This document shows, piece by piece, positions 20,831-29,646 of a stretch of 64,000 bases of DNA. The first letter of the stretch is position 1. Every line of letters starts with the position of its first letter. The notes under the pieces are model-generated. The model was not told the DNA's origin and did not search any database. It saw only the letters and a program-made list of their open reading frames with translations. This stretch comes from an uncultured archaeon (GTDB lineage: Archaea; Asgardarchaeota; Lokiarchaeia; Sigyniarchaeales; SOKP01): NCBI GenBank assembly GCA_964486045.1, contig CAZALK010000011.1:64001-128000 (forward strand), written 5' to 3'. The position numbers and the translations under genes were made by a program.

Positions 20831-21094
20831 ATGTTAAGCTCAAGAATAGAAGATTCAGAAGCCGTTCTTAATCTTACAAATTTATTTTATGAAAAAAAAG
20901 AAAATACTACCATAAAAGAAATACCTGAAATAATACAACAAAAGGCTAAATATGATAATTTTAAACTACTTACCGATATTTCGAGGGTGTTACAAAAATG
21001 CACAAATTTGACAGATAAAGATAGATTAATGTATTGTTCAAGTCAAAGATACTTTATGAAGCTATATTTACGTGAAATTAATAAACGTGAGTAG
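20831..21094 (+). CDS. Hypothetical protein
   Basis: 87-aa ORF, ATG start, fills intergenic gap. Confidence 0.45.
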   Translation: MLSSRIEDSEAVLNLTNLFYEKKENTTIKEIPEIIQQKAKYDNFKLLTDISRVLQKCTNLTDKDRLMYCSSQRYFMKLYLREINKRE

Positions 21095-21118
21095 CTTAAC
21101 TATAAATAATATATTTAA

Positions 21119-22834
21119 CTATAAATAATACTTTTTAACTTCAGTTATTACTAGATCAATTAAATCTTTAGTATTTCTTATTCCATAGAAGGTTACTTTA
21201 TCCATTAGGTTTTTAAATTTATCCTTTGGGATTTTAGATGGTCCTATAAAGAATCCTACAATCTTATGCCCTCTTTGTGCTAAATCTATCATTGTTTTCT
21301 TTGACTTAGTCCAGTTATAAATTCCAAAATCAGTGATTATAAAGATAAGAGATTTGCGTTCTGCTTTTCCGCATTGTTGAGTAATTTGTTTTATTGGTAA
21401 AATAGTGCCCCCTCCTTGATATCTTAATAATACATGTTCTGCTATTTTATAATCTGAAGTCCATTGACAAACATCTGCTCTATTTGAGAAATTAATAATG
21501 CTGAATTTTGCCCCTTTACCCGCAGCATAATGAAGAGCAGCAAACGCGGCTACTGTTGCTATATGATATGGTCCTCTCCCTCTTTCAGATCTTGATGTGT
21601 AATTCCATTTCATAGAACCAGAAGAATCCAGAACAATTAGTAGATCAGGTATTTGTTTTTCTACTAAATGACCAGGTCCTTCTTTGAATGCCCATTTTCT
21701 TGTAGTGAGATTAGGAATAATAACGGGACTATTTAATAAAGTTTGAACCACATCCAAATCTTCGATTCTATCTCCTATACGCCACACTTCTGGATAGACT
21801 GGTAACTGGCCGCCAGGTTTTTCTTCAAATATCTTGATTTCTATGAGATTTTTCGCCAATCCTCTATACCAAGTAGCTAAAGCACTTCCATCAGTCAAGA
21901 TCCCCGCTTGGGTAGCAGGTCCTCCAAATTCAGAGTATGGAATATTTTTGGCAAAATCTTCAGCTTTTTGTCTTAATTCATCCTCATTTCCTTCTTTCAA
22001 TTTATCAGAGTTTTTATTCTCTAAGGGATTATCCATTACCTCTAATATATCCCTTGGAACCTCAATAAATGTTCCCCCAGGACCTTTTCTTTTTTCACTT
22101 CCTTTATCAGTTACCCCATTTTTCCCGAGTAAAGCAAAAGTGTCATTTATCAAATTATTTAAATATCTTGCTACAGTACCTACCTTTTTCTCCCATGTAG
22201 ATTCATCTTCAAAATCTTTGAGGATTACTTTTGTAATTTTCTCGGTCAATGAGTCCATTTCCTTTAATGATTCATCTTCTAAAAGATCGACATCCCACAG
22301 TTTTTCATATGCTCGAAATAAAAATTTGGTGAAATTACTCATTGGTCCTTTACCTTTAATGTGTTTATAAGTAGTTTTTACTTCCCATGATATCAGGTTT
22401 GGGTATCTTTTATATAATTTTGTATCAATAATTAAATCTGCAAAGACATTTACAATTATAGGGGCATAATTCCGATTTACATGTTTCATTGCCGCACTAA
22501 GCAATTTAGCGTGGATTAAACCATCATAAGGAATAATTTCGTAATGTGAAACTTCATGCAGTGAGATAATATGAAAGTAGTCGATATATTCTTGATCTTC
22601 TTTAAATAGTGGAGTATTCGCAAGATTCATAGTTATTTGCCATTGATTTTCTGGATCAATGTAAAATCCCTCTAAATGGGTGTAATCAAAAACATAATTA
22701 GGTTCGTTTAAAGGTGGAAAATAAAATTCTTTTAGAGTAAGACTCCACGCATTTTTTGCTAATTCAACGAATTTTTTCTGCTTTGCAGTTAATTCTTTTG
22801 AAGCCTTGCTTTTTCTTCTTTTAGAATATGCCAA
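21119..22834 (-). CDS. VWA-domain protein with N-terminal HExxH metallopeptidase-like domain (MoxR partner)
   Basis: LHEVSH; MIDAS DSSGSM, GGGT, IITD. Confidence 0.85.
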   Translation of the reverse strand: MAYSKRRKSKASKELTAKQKKFVELAKNAWSLTLKEFYFPPLNEPNYVFDYTHLEGFYIDPENQWQITMNLANTPLFKEDQEYIDYFHIISLHEVSHYEIIPYDGLIHAKLLSAAMKHVNRNYAPIIVNVFADLIIDTKLYKRYPNLISWEVKTTYKHIKGKGPMSNFTKFLFRAYEKLWDVDLLEDESLKEMDSLTEKITKVILKDFEDESTWEKKVGTVARYLNNLINDTFALLGKNGVTDKGSEKRKGPGGTFIEVPRDILEVMDNPLENKNSDKLKEGNEDELRQKAEDFAKNIPYSEFGGPATQAGILTDGSALATWYRGLAKNLIEIKIFEEKPGGQLPVYPEVWRIGDRIEDLDVVQTLLNSPVIIPNLTTRKWAFKEGPGHLVEKQIPDLLIVLDSSGSMKWNYTSRSERGRGPYHIATVAAFAALHYAAGKGAKFSIINFSNRADVCQWTSDYKIAEHVLLRYQGGGTILPIKQITQQCGKAERKSLIFIITDFGIYNWTKSKKTMIDLAQRGHKIVGFFIGPSKIPKDKFKNLMDKVTFYGIRNTKDLIDLVITEVKKYYL

Positions 22835-22849
22835 TTTCTTCTTATTTTC

Positions 22850-24577
22850 TCACACTTGTTTTTGAATATATTCCAATTTATCCATTATCGACCTTAATTT
22901 TAATGCATCTGCTCCTCCAGAGATTTGAATATTAACTAAGGATTCCTCTTCTACCCCAGTAACATTGATTTCGATTAATAAATCTTCAGTACGGATTTGT
23001 TTAGTCTGCCTTTGGGCAAAAGCATCCTTCAATGGTTGATCTAAATTTAAGAATTCTGCGGCAACTTCTGCCCATATATCCTTCCAATAGGAATATTTGA
23101 TTACATAATCGGTGACAGTTTGCTTATATAATTCAAGATTACACCATTCTATTAAATCTCCTCTGTTCGGGAAATCTATTTTTTCTAAAAGATCATTTCT
23201 TATTTCAGCTAATTTGTTTATATCTCCTTTCTTTGCAGCATCTTTTATTTGTTGAGCAACAGGTGAATACTTTTTATTATTGATTGAATTTACAAATGGG
23301 AGTAAATCATATTTCACTATTAAATCATTTTTCTCAAATTTTTTCAATTCCATTAAATCGTTCTCTTTAGGGGCACCTTCGCGAAACCTTTCAGTAATTT
23401 GATAGCACTTTTCACGATTTTTAAATCGTTTTTGAATCGATTTTAGTATATTCTTAGTAAATTCGTACTTATTGCCAAAATATGGTGGTTTATCTAATTC
23501 TCTTTTTACATAAGCTACTCGATGTGAGATGACATATGGTGCAACAGTATTCACGATGTTTACATCAATGTTGTTGATTCCCAGAAGCCATGCGAGAGCT
23601 TTTGAATATCTCAGTAAGTCTTTTGCCACCCTAACGCTTAATATCGTATCAATTTTATTACAGACATTCTGAGCTGTATTAAAATGACAACCAGAACATA
23701 AACCCGCGCTTGGTTTAACATCATCTGTATTACCCTTATCTATTCTAGAACATAAAGTAAATTCTCTAATTATTGCATGAATAAAATTGTTTACTTTAGG
23801 AGTAAATTGGATTCTGTTAACAAAGTACCATATTTCCATTAACTCATCAATGGTCAAAATTTTTGGAACTTGAATTAGCTCATCAAAACTTGAATATTTG
23901 TCATCTTTCCCAGATAAAATTAACTGTAAGTCGTGACTTGTTGGCATTGAAATTGGAACGGAAATACCAAAACGGTCTAGGAATGGTTGGGATAATTCAA
24001 AAGTTCCCACATCATTTGGGTTTATTGTCGCAAAAAGAGAAAACTTACTAATTGTTATTATGGAGTCATAGTACTTCACAGTGCCCTCAGCAAGCAGGGA
24101 TAATAAAATATCTTGAGCATAAGGAGTCAAACGATTTACTTCATCTATAATTTTCCAGAAATTTGTTACAAATTGTCGCCAAACAACTTCTTCCTCACCG
24201 TCTTTCATCAGTTTGCCTAATTTTAAAGTCCCAATCAACTTTTCTTCGGTTAATTGAGGGTGTCCTCTAATAATTGAATTTTCAATATCAGCAAGTGAGG
24301 TAGCAGTAAACATACGGCCTAAAAATTTAGTTATTGAGGTCTTTCCGCCACCGTGGCCTCCAATCAAGAGCATGGCAGAATTAGGAACGATAGCATTTAA
24401 AACACATAAAGATAGTATTTCTGGTAAACTTTTTGATTGAACTTTTTTACTTTTTTCTCCCAAAAATTTAATACTCAATTCTTTATAATGAACGAAAAGT
24501 TGGTTAGCTTGGATTAAATTGATGATTTTCCAAACCTTTTTTCTCAGAATATCCTCTTCTCCTAAATTTGTCGCCAT
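22850..24577 (-). CDS. MoxR-like AAA+ ATPase
   Basis: GGHGGGKT, IIDEVNR, ATIN, PFLDRF, SVR; directly upstream of the VWA gene. Confidence 0.85.
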   Translation of the reverse strand: MATNLGEEDILRKKVWKIINLIQANQLFVHYKELSIKFLGEKSKKVQSKSLPEILSLCVLNAIVPNSAMLLIGGHGGGKTSITKFLGRMFTATSLADIENSIIRGHPQLTEEKLIGTLKLGKLMKDGEEEVVWRQFVTNFWKIIDEVNRLTPYAQDILLSLLAEGTVKYYDSIITISKFSLFATINPNDVGTFELSQPFLDRFGISVPISMPTSHDLQLILSGKDDKYSSFDELIQVPKILTIDELMEIWYFVNRIQFTPKVNNFIHAIIREFTLCSRIDKGNTDDVKPSAGLCSGCHFNTAQNVCNKIDTILSVRVAKDLLRYSKALAWLLGINNIDVNIVNTVAPYVISHRVAYVKRELDKPPYFGNKYEFTKNILKSIQKRFKNREKCYQITERFREGAPKENDLMELKKFEKNDLIVKYDLLPFVNSINNKKYSPVAQQIKDAAKKGDINKLAEIRNDLLEKIDFPNRGDLIEWCNLELYKQTVTDYVIKYSYWKDIWAEVAAEFLNLDQPLKDAFAQRQTKQIRTEDLLIEINVTGVEEESLVNIQISGGADALKLRSIMDKLEYIQKQV

Positions 24578-24745
24578 GTCAACTATTCTCCTTAGAATTT
24601 CAATATTAAATAAAAAGCTGTTGGATTATTTAATTTTTTTCATTCATAAAATATTAGTAGACTAGTTAAGAGGTATTAACCAATGTGAAAAATTAGTAAG
24701 ATGCTTGACACTCTTTCTATTCTTAATGTTCATGAATGAAATTAT

Positions 24746-25099
24746 TTAATAATACCCTATATGACCTAAATTATTTTTTTTCTCATCTAGCGCATAAACC
24801 ATTCCCATTGATAAAGGTTCTTCGTTTTCATCTTTAGTAGATTTAGCAACTTTTTTCAATGTCTCTAGCTTCAAGATAAAAACTCTATTACATTTCTTAC
24901 ATCTTACATGGATTTCTTTGGTCTTTTTTTTATCATCTTCATATTCTTCCTTCTTAAAAGGCTCCAATAATCCTGGATCTTCATTATCACAGTTTTCCAA
25001 GAAACATTGATCTAATGAAATTTTCTCCATCCCTCGTCGTGCAAGAGAAATGTAAGCATCAGGGGGAATTTCTTTTCTTAAATCTTCACTTCCAGTCAT
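24746..25099 (-). CDS. Hypothetical protein, probable zinc-binding
   Basis: CFLENC and CKKC motifs. Confidence 0.65.
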   Translation of the reverse strand: MTGSEDLRKEIPPDAYISLARRGMEKISLDQCFLENCDNEDPGLLEPFKKEEYEDDKKKTKEIHVRCKKCNRVFILKLETLKKVAKSTKDENEEPLSMGMVYALDEKKNNLGHIGYY

Positions 25100-25246
25100 T
25101 ATTAGTTTATAAAATCGTCTAAATTAATTCTTGTTATTATTTAATATAGAATTAATTAGTACAAATCTTATTAAAGTTAGTTATATGGGTCAGATAGTCT
25201 AAAAAGAATAAGCTTAATTAGCAGTTATAATTATTTAAATTGAGCT

Positions 25247-25552
25247 ATGCCTAAAAAAGAAGAATTTTCAAAAGAAACAATTGATCACATTTCTAAGTTA
25301 GCATTATTAGATTTGTCTGAAGAAGAAAAAGAAAAACTCTCAAAGCAATTAGGAGATATTCTCGATTATTTTAGAAAATTAGATGATCTTGATACTAGTA
25401 ATGTTAAACCTACAACCCATCCGATAGATGGTCTCTCCAATGTTTTCAGAGAAGATATTCCTTGGAAATCTCTTTCAAATGAAGAAGCATTAAAGAACAC
25501 AAAATACAAAAAAGATGGTTATTTTAAAGCACCGAGAATTTTAAAGCAATAG
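25247..25552 (+). CDS. gatC: Asp/Glu-tRNA amidotransferase subunit C
   Basis: HISKLALL, ILDYF.KL..LDT.NV.PT, NVFRED, DGYFKAPRI. Confidence 0.95.
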   Translation: MPKKEEFSKETIDHISKLALLDLSEEEKEKLSKQLGDILDYFRKLDDLDTSNVKPTTHPIDGLSNVFREDIPWKSLSNEEALKNTKYKKDGYFKAPRILKQ

Positions 25553-26545
25553 TTATTTCTTATATTCTTCGGTTAATTTTCTTATTGCTTCAGCCATATC
25601 TCTCAATGCTTGTCGTCTTTCTATTGGAGTTAGCGTGTTAAAATCATCTCCAATATTTGTGCCAATTGTAGAAGCCATTGCTTGAAATTTTCTTTGGACT
25701 AATCCTAATACGTATCGCTCGTAATATTCTAACGCTTTAGTTAATTTCGGGTTATCCTTAATTTTCTCCCAAAGTTCCAAGGTTTCCAATGATTTTATAC
25801 CAAGATCTATTCTAAACCAACTAATAGGGAAGAGTAATTCTCTTTCTATCCCCATCTCAATAATCATAAGGTTTTCTTCATCAATATACAGCTCTGGGAT
25901 AACATCATCCTTAAACACAAGGTTATCACTCATGATATACATGTTAGCAGCTCCCCTACTTGTACATACTATACCTGTGGCAAATCCCCTAGCCATTCTC
26001 AGAACTTCACCATAATCCTCTAATTTATTACCGTTTAGATGAAGATTTAACCTTTTTTCTCCTTGAAATTCTATTTTAATCTTATGAGTTCCTTTCGCAT
26101 CTGATAAAATCTTTGGGAATAATTCTAGATCTCTTGTTTTCTTATGTGCTTCAAGTAGTTTATTTATTATTTTATAATCTAATTTTAATCCGGGAATAAC
26201 CGTGTTTTGATTGAGAAACGCATCAACTTCAAAATCGAGTAACCCATAGAATAGTTTTTTCTGATTCATTATATCATAAATAGTATCTACAATAGTTTTG
26301 ATTAGAGCCTCTGGATCTTCTCGAATCGAATCAAATTCTTTGGTTTCAAAAGTGTCAATTTGGTCCGTTAGACCCTCTTCCTGATAGAATGCGCCCCAAC
26401 TTAATTCACTGAAAATCAACCTTTCTGAATAAAGATTATGATGGCCATCAATACTAATGATACTTTTAGAGCCCCCTAATTCCACACCTAATTTAGATCC
26501 AGATGCGATTATCGCAGAAGGAGGATTATAAAATTCTATTGGCAA
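25553..26545 (-). CDS. Hypothetical protein
   Basis: 330-aa ORF, TTG start, normal composition. Confidence 0.7.
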   Translation of the reverse strand: MPIEFYNPPSAIIASGSKLGVELGGSKSIISIDGHHNLYSERLIFSELSWGAFYQEEGLTDQIDTFETKEFDSIREDPEALIKTIVDTIYDIMNQKKLFYGLLDFEVDAFLNQNTVIPGLKLDYKIINKLLEAHKKTRDLELFPKILSDAKGTHKIKIEFQGEKRLNLHLNGNKLEDYGEVLRMARGFATGIVCTSRGAANMYIMSDNLVFKDDVIPELYIDEENLMIIEMGIERELLFPISWFRIDLGIKSLETLELWEKIKDNPKLTKALEYYERYVLGLVQRKFQAMASTIGTNIGDDFNTLTPIERRQALRDMAEAIRKLTEEYKK

Positions 26546-26702
26546 TTTTCAACACTTTTTATTTTAAGTACCCAAATGAATTCAATCAGTTTTTATCACG
26601 TTTTTCTATTGACTATAGAAAGACTTTATATAAAAAATTAGTGGAATCATTAATGAAAAACTAAAAAGAAAGATTTTATTTTAGAGTAGGATTAAATAAA
26701 AG

Positions 26703-26915
26703 CTATGTATCTCTTAATAACGTTATTTCAGCTGAAAACCCGGGGATCATACCTTCATAGTCCACAATTGTTTTTTCCTTTAAATTCTTCAAAATTAATC
26801 TAACTCCTTCAAATTCATCCTGACAAAGGTTTTGTAGTTTTTTATAATTAAGTTGGCCACCATTCTCCTTTAATTTTTTAATAATAAAATTCTCTTCTTG
26901 AGTCAGTTCTGACAT
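26703..26915 (-). CDS. Small winged-helix-like protein
   Basis: LTQEE.FII..L...GG.L.Y..L..L......GVRLIL..L..K.IV pattern. Confidence 0.6.
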   Translation of the reverse strand: MSELTQEENFIIKKLKENGGQLNYKKLQNLCQDEFEGVRLILKNLKEKTIVDYEGMIPGFSAEITLLRDT

Positions 26916-26957
26916 AATGTTATAGTTTCACTTATTATTTATATAATTTTTCAAAAG

Positions 26958-27467
26958 TTATTTTTTTCCAGTACTCCCAAATCCATTCAATCCTCTTTCT
27001 GATCTCGACAAATTATCTGCGTCAATGAATTTATATTCTTCCATTTTCACTAAAATTAATTGACATATTCTTTCTTCTCTTTTCAAGATAATATCTTTAT
27101 TAGAAAGATTAACAACAATTGCCATCCATTCATTTCTATATCCTGAATCAATAGTACCAGGGGAATTAACTATTGATAAACCTTCCCATAAAGCTAATCC
27201 ACTTCTAGGAACAACTTTAAAATAGTATCCTTCTGGTATTGCTGTGGCAAATCCTAAAGAACATCCTACTCTCTCTAATGGTTTTAATATATAAGAGTTT
27301 GATTCGACATCATGTAATTCTCTTTTATTTCCCTCAACAATTATCTTTTTAAATCCTTCAATTCGAGCATCCGCCCCGGCATCACCTGGTTTAGATGGTT
27401 TTGGAATTGTTATATCTTTCCTTATTTTCTTCAATGGTATTAGTAATTTTTTTGCTTTCTTACTCAT
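26958..27467 (-). CDS. dut: Trimeric dUTPase
   Basis: GDAGAD, PRSGLA, NSPGTIDSGYR, ERICQL, RGLNGFGSTG. Confidence 0.95.
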   Translation of the reverse strand: MSKKAKKLLIPLKKIRKDITIPKPSKPGDAGADARIEGFKKIIVEGNKRELHDVESNSYILKPLERVGCSLGFATAIPEGYYFKVVPRSGLALWEGLSIVNSPGTIDSGYRNEWMAIVVNLSNKDIILKREERICQLILVKMEEYKFIDADNLSRSERGLNGFGSTGKK

Positions 27468-27586
27468 TATTTATCATTCATAAATAGTTTGAATTCATAA
27501 AAATACTTCCTATTAAAGAATAATTAAATTCGAATAGAAAAAAAACTTAAACTATTATTCATTTAAACAAAGTAGTAATTCTTCCG

Positions 27587-28054
27587 TTGGTGAAAATGTT
27601 GATAATTATTGATAGATATGATCCTAGAAGTGACAAAGAGCCCTTGAAAGAAATTTTCCAGAACTTTATCCAACATAAATCATATTTCTTCTCACATTGG
27701 CAAAAATTTGAAGAAGAATTGAACAGGAGAACGTTGGATCTCCAATATAGAAATTCGATGGTTGTAGCTAAAGAAGATAGAAAAATTATAGGCTTTGGCA
27801 CATATACATTATTTAGAGACTATTTAGGGAATGATAGAGTTCTTATACATCAAATCTTAACAAAAAAAGAAGACTCTTTTAGAAAAGGTATTGAAGAAAA
27901 AATTATTCGGGAAATTCAATTATATATTAAAAAGACTTTAAAAATTGATAAAGCCTATTTTATTTGCCCGGATGTGGATGGATCATTAAGATCGGTGTTT
28001 TTGAAAATGGGAATTAATAAATCTAGAAATATTTGGTATGAACATGAGATATAA
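27587..28054 (+). CDS. GNAT-like fold protein
   Basis: VVAKEDRKIIGF, FRKGI, FLKMG pattern. Confidence 0.5.
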   Translation: MVKMLIIIDRYDPRSDKEPLKEIFQNFIQHKSYFFSHWQKFEEELNRRTLDLQYRNSMVVAKEDRKIIGFGTYTLFRDYLGNDRVLIHQILTKKEDSFRKGIEEKIIREIQLYIKKTLKIDKAYFICPDVDGSLRSVFLKMGINKSRNIWYEHEI

Positions 28055-28104
28055 CCTATCTCTACATATTGTCTAATTAATTTAGAAGCGTTTTAATCTC
28101 AAAT

Positions 28105-28848
28105 GTGAAAATTTTGAAAGAAACTATTGAAGAATTAATTAATAAAGCGAAATTTTTAACCGATCAAGAAAAATTTAAGGAAGCTGTTGAAATCCTTGAG
28201 GATTTATTTAAAACTAACCCTACTATTAAAAAAGTCCTTGTAGAAACCCTATTCATCTATGGTGGATATATAAATGATGAATATACCCTTCAATATGCTA
28301 AAGCAAAAGAAATATTTAAAAGAATTGTAGATATTGACCCTAATAATTATAGAGCACACTATAACCTTGGAATTGCTAATTTTAATTTAGAAAATATAGA
28401 ACAAGCAAAATTATGTTATGAAGAAGCGATTAAAATTAAACCAGATTACAAATACTGTTTTTATAATATGGGATTAATTTATGAGGGAGAAGGAAGTTTT
28501 CAAGAAGCTTTAAAATATTATGGGAAAGCATTAGAGATAGACCCTAAATTTTCTTATGCTCTAAATGCAAGAAATCATATCCTGACAGATTTAGAAAGTT
28601 TGAAAAACGGAAGTGAAAATATCAGACAACAGAAAAATCTAGACCAACTGAAATCATTACTTGAAATGTCTAAACGTATTAATATCGAGATGATTCAAAC
28701 CTTATTGAATCTTGAGAAGGAGAAATTGGTGAGGTTACTTATTGATTGGGGTGTGAGATACCAATTTGAGATTGATGGTGATTTTTTAATCATAAATAAA
28801 GATACTTTACCAGACTTAATAAAATCTTTTAATATTTTGGATTTATGA
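28105..28848 (+). CDS. TPR protein with C-terminal winged-helix-like domain
   Basis: AHYNLG, CFYNMG..Y...G.F.EAL.YY.KAL.IDP repeats. Confidence 0.85.
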   Translation: MKILKETIEELINKAKFLTDQEKFKEAVEILEDLFKTNPTIKKVLVETLFIYGGYINDEYTLQYAKAKEIFKRIVDIDPNNYRAHYNLGIANFNLENIEQAKLCYEEAIKIKPDYKYCFYNMGLIYEGEGSFQEALKYYGKALEIDPKFSYALNARNHILTDLESLKNGSENIRQQKNLDQLKSLLEMSKRINIEMIQTLLNLEKEKLVRLLIDWGVRYQFEIDGDFLIINKDTLPDLIKSFNILDL

Positions 28849-28893
28849 CATTGCTACTAAGTAGAAGTCCTTTACGCTTTATTAAAAGAATTA

Positions 28894-29022
28894 TTATTTC
28901 GTTAATTTATTATGAATACTATAGCAGATGATGAATACTATAATGAGAATTACACCCCCAATGATATACTGGACAGTTGCGGGGTTACCCAGTAAATCTG
29001 CGAAAAGGTCAGATTGAAACAT
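28894..29022 (-). CDS. 42-aa single-pass membrane protein, not in ORF track
   Basis: MFQSDLFADLLGNPATVQYIIGGVILIIVFIICYSIHNKLTK*; ATG start, one clear TM helix, basic tail. Confidence 0.6.
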   Translation of the reverse strand: MFQSDLFADLLGNPATVQYIIGGVILIIVFIICYSIHNKLTK

Positions 29023-29165
29023 AGAAAAATTTTATTAAAAGTTTTAAAGTCTTAATATTACTAGTCATATTTAAAATTTAACAATTGTTTTCATACGGAA
29101 ATTTCACCGTGAGATAAAAACGAATACACATAAAGAAAAAAAAAATAAATTGTAGTTAATAATTA

Positions 29166-29434
29166 TTATCTTTCCAATTGGAAGTTGACTTGAACTCTCA
29201 CTCTATTCACAAGCTACACGAAAAGTGTCTCTTTATATATGAGCTTGTCAACATCCTCTTTAACTTTAACGTCCGATTCAATTATCTGAATATTTCTAAT
29301 TCCACGTAAAGTTTTTTTAGCTTCTTCATATGCGTTTTTAGTTGAATAAAACATGAGTATTTTTATCCTTTAACCGCATCTGCCCAATTTTTTTCACTAG
29401 TTGATACTAATTGAATTGACTTATAAACTGGCAT
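29166..29434 (-). CDS. Dodecin (flavin-binding protein), split into three exons: 29434-29370, 29337-29235, 29204-29166
   Basis: Joined exons (65+103+39=207 nt) give MPVYKSIQLVSTSEKNWADAVKNAYEEAKKTLRGIRNIQIIESDVKVKEDVDKLIYRVRVQVNFQLER*, fitting the dodecin pattern VYK.I.LV..S...W.DA..NA...A.KTLR.I...YRV....F.LE. Confidence 0.88.
29205..29234 (-). other. Putative BHB-type intron 2 (30 nt) in dodecin
   Basis: GCTC-ATAT-AT^A-AAG..ACAC-loop-GTGT..CTT-GTGA-AT^A-GAGT; contains an in-frame TAG. Confidence 0.75.
29338..29369 (-). other. Putative BHB/BHL-type intron 1 (32 nt) in dodecin
   Basis: GGTT-AA^A-GGATAAAA-loop-TTTTATTC-AACT-AA^A; shifts frame and contains an in-frame TAA. Confidence 0.8.
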
Positions 29435-29646
29435 TCTAGATCACTTTTTTTTTAATATTTTTGGATGTTAATATGTTTTTTTGTAAGATAATTTGTTATA
29501 GGGTACTATTTAAATATTTCTTAGAAAACTCATAATCCTAAAAATTTATAATGAGAAAATATAATCTCATTGATATTATCTTAAATCTAGAAAAAATCAA
29601 AAAAAAAATTGAAAAGTGAATATAATTGTTATCAATAATTCAATGA

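Noticed and set aside
27290-27360. Extra ~15-20 aa loop in dUTPase considered as an in-frame intron
   Set aside because: No stop, no frameshift and no BHB-like hairpin; reads as normal coding sequence
29205-29234. Pyrrolysine or readthrough explanation for the TAG in dodecin
   Set aside because: Readthrough would leave a 10-aa insertion in a conserved strand and does not fix the upstream 32-nt frameshift
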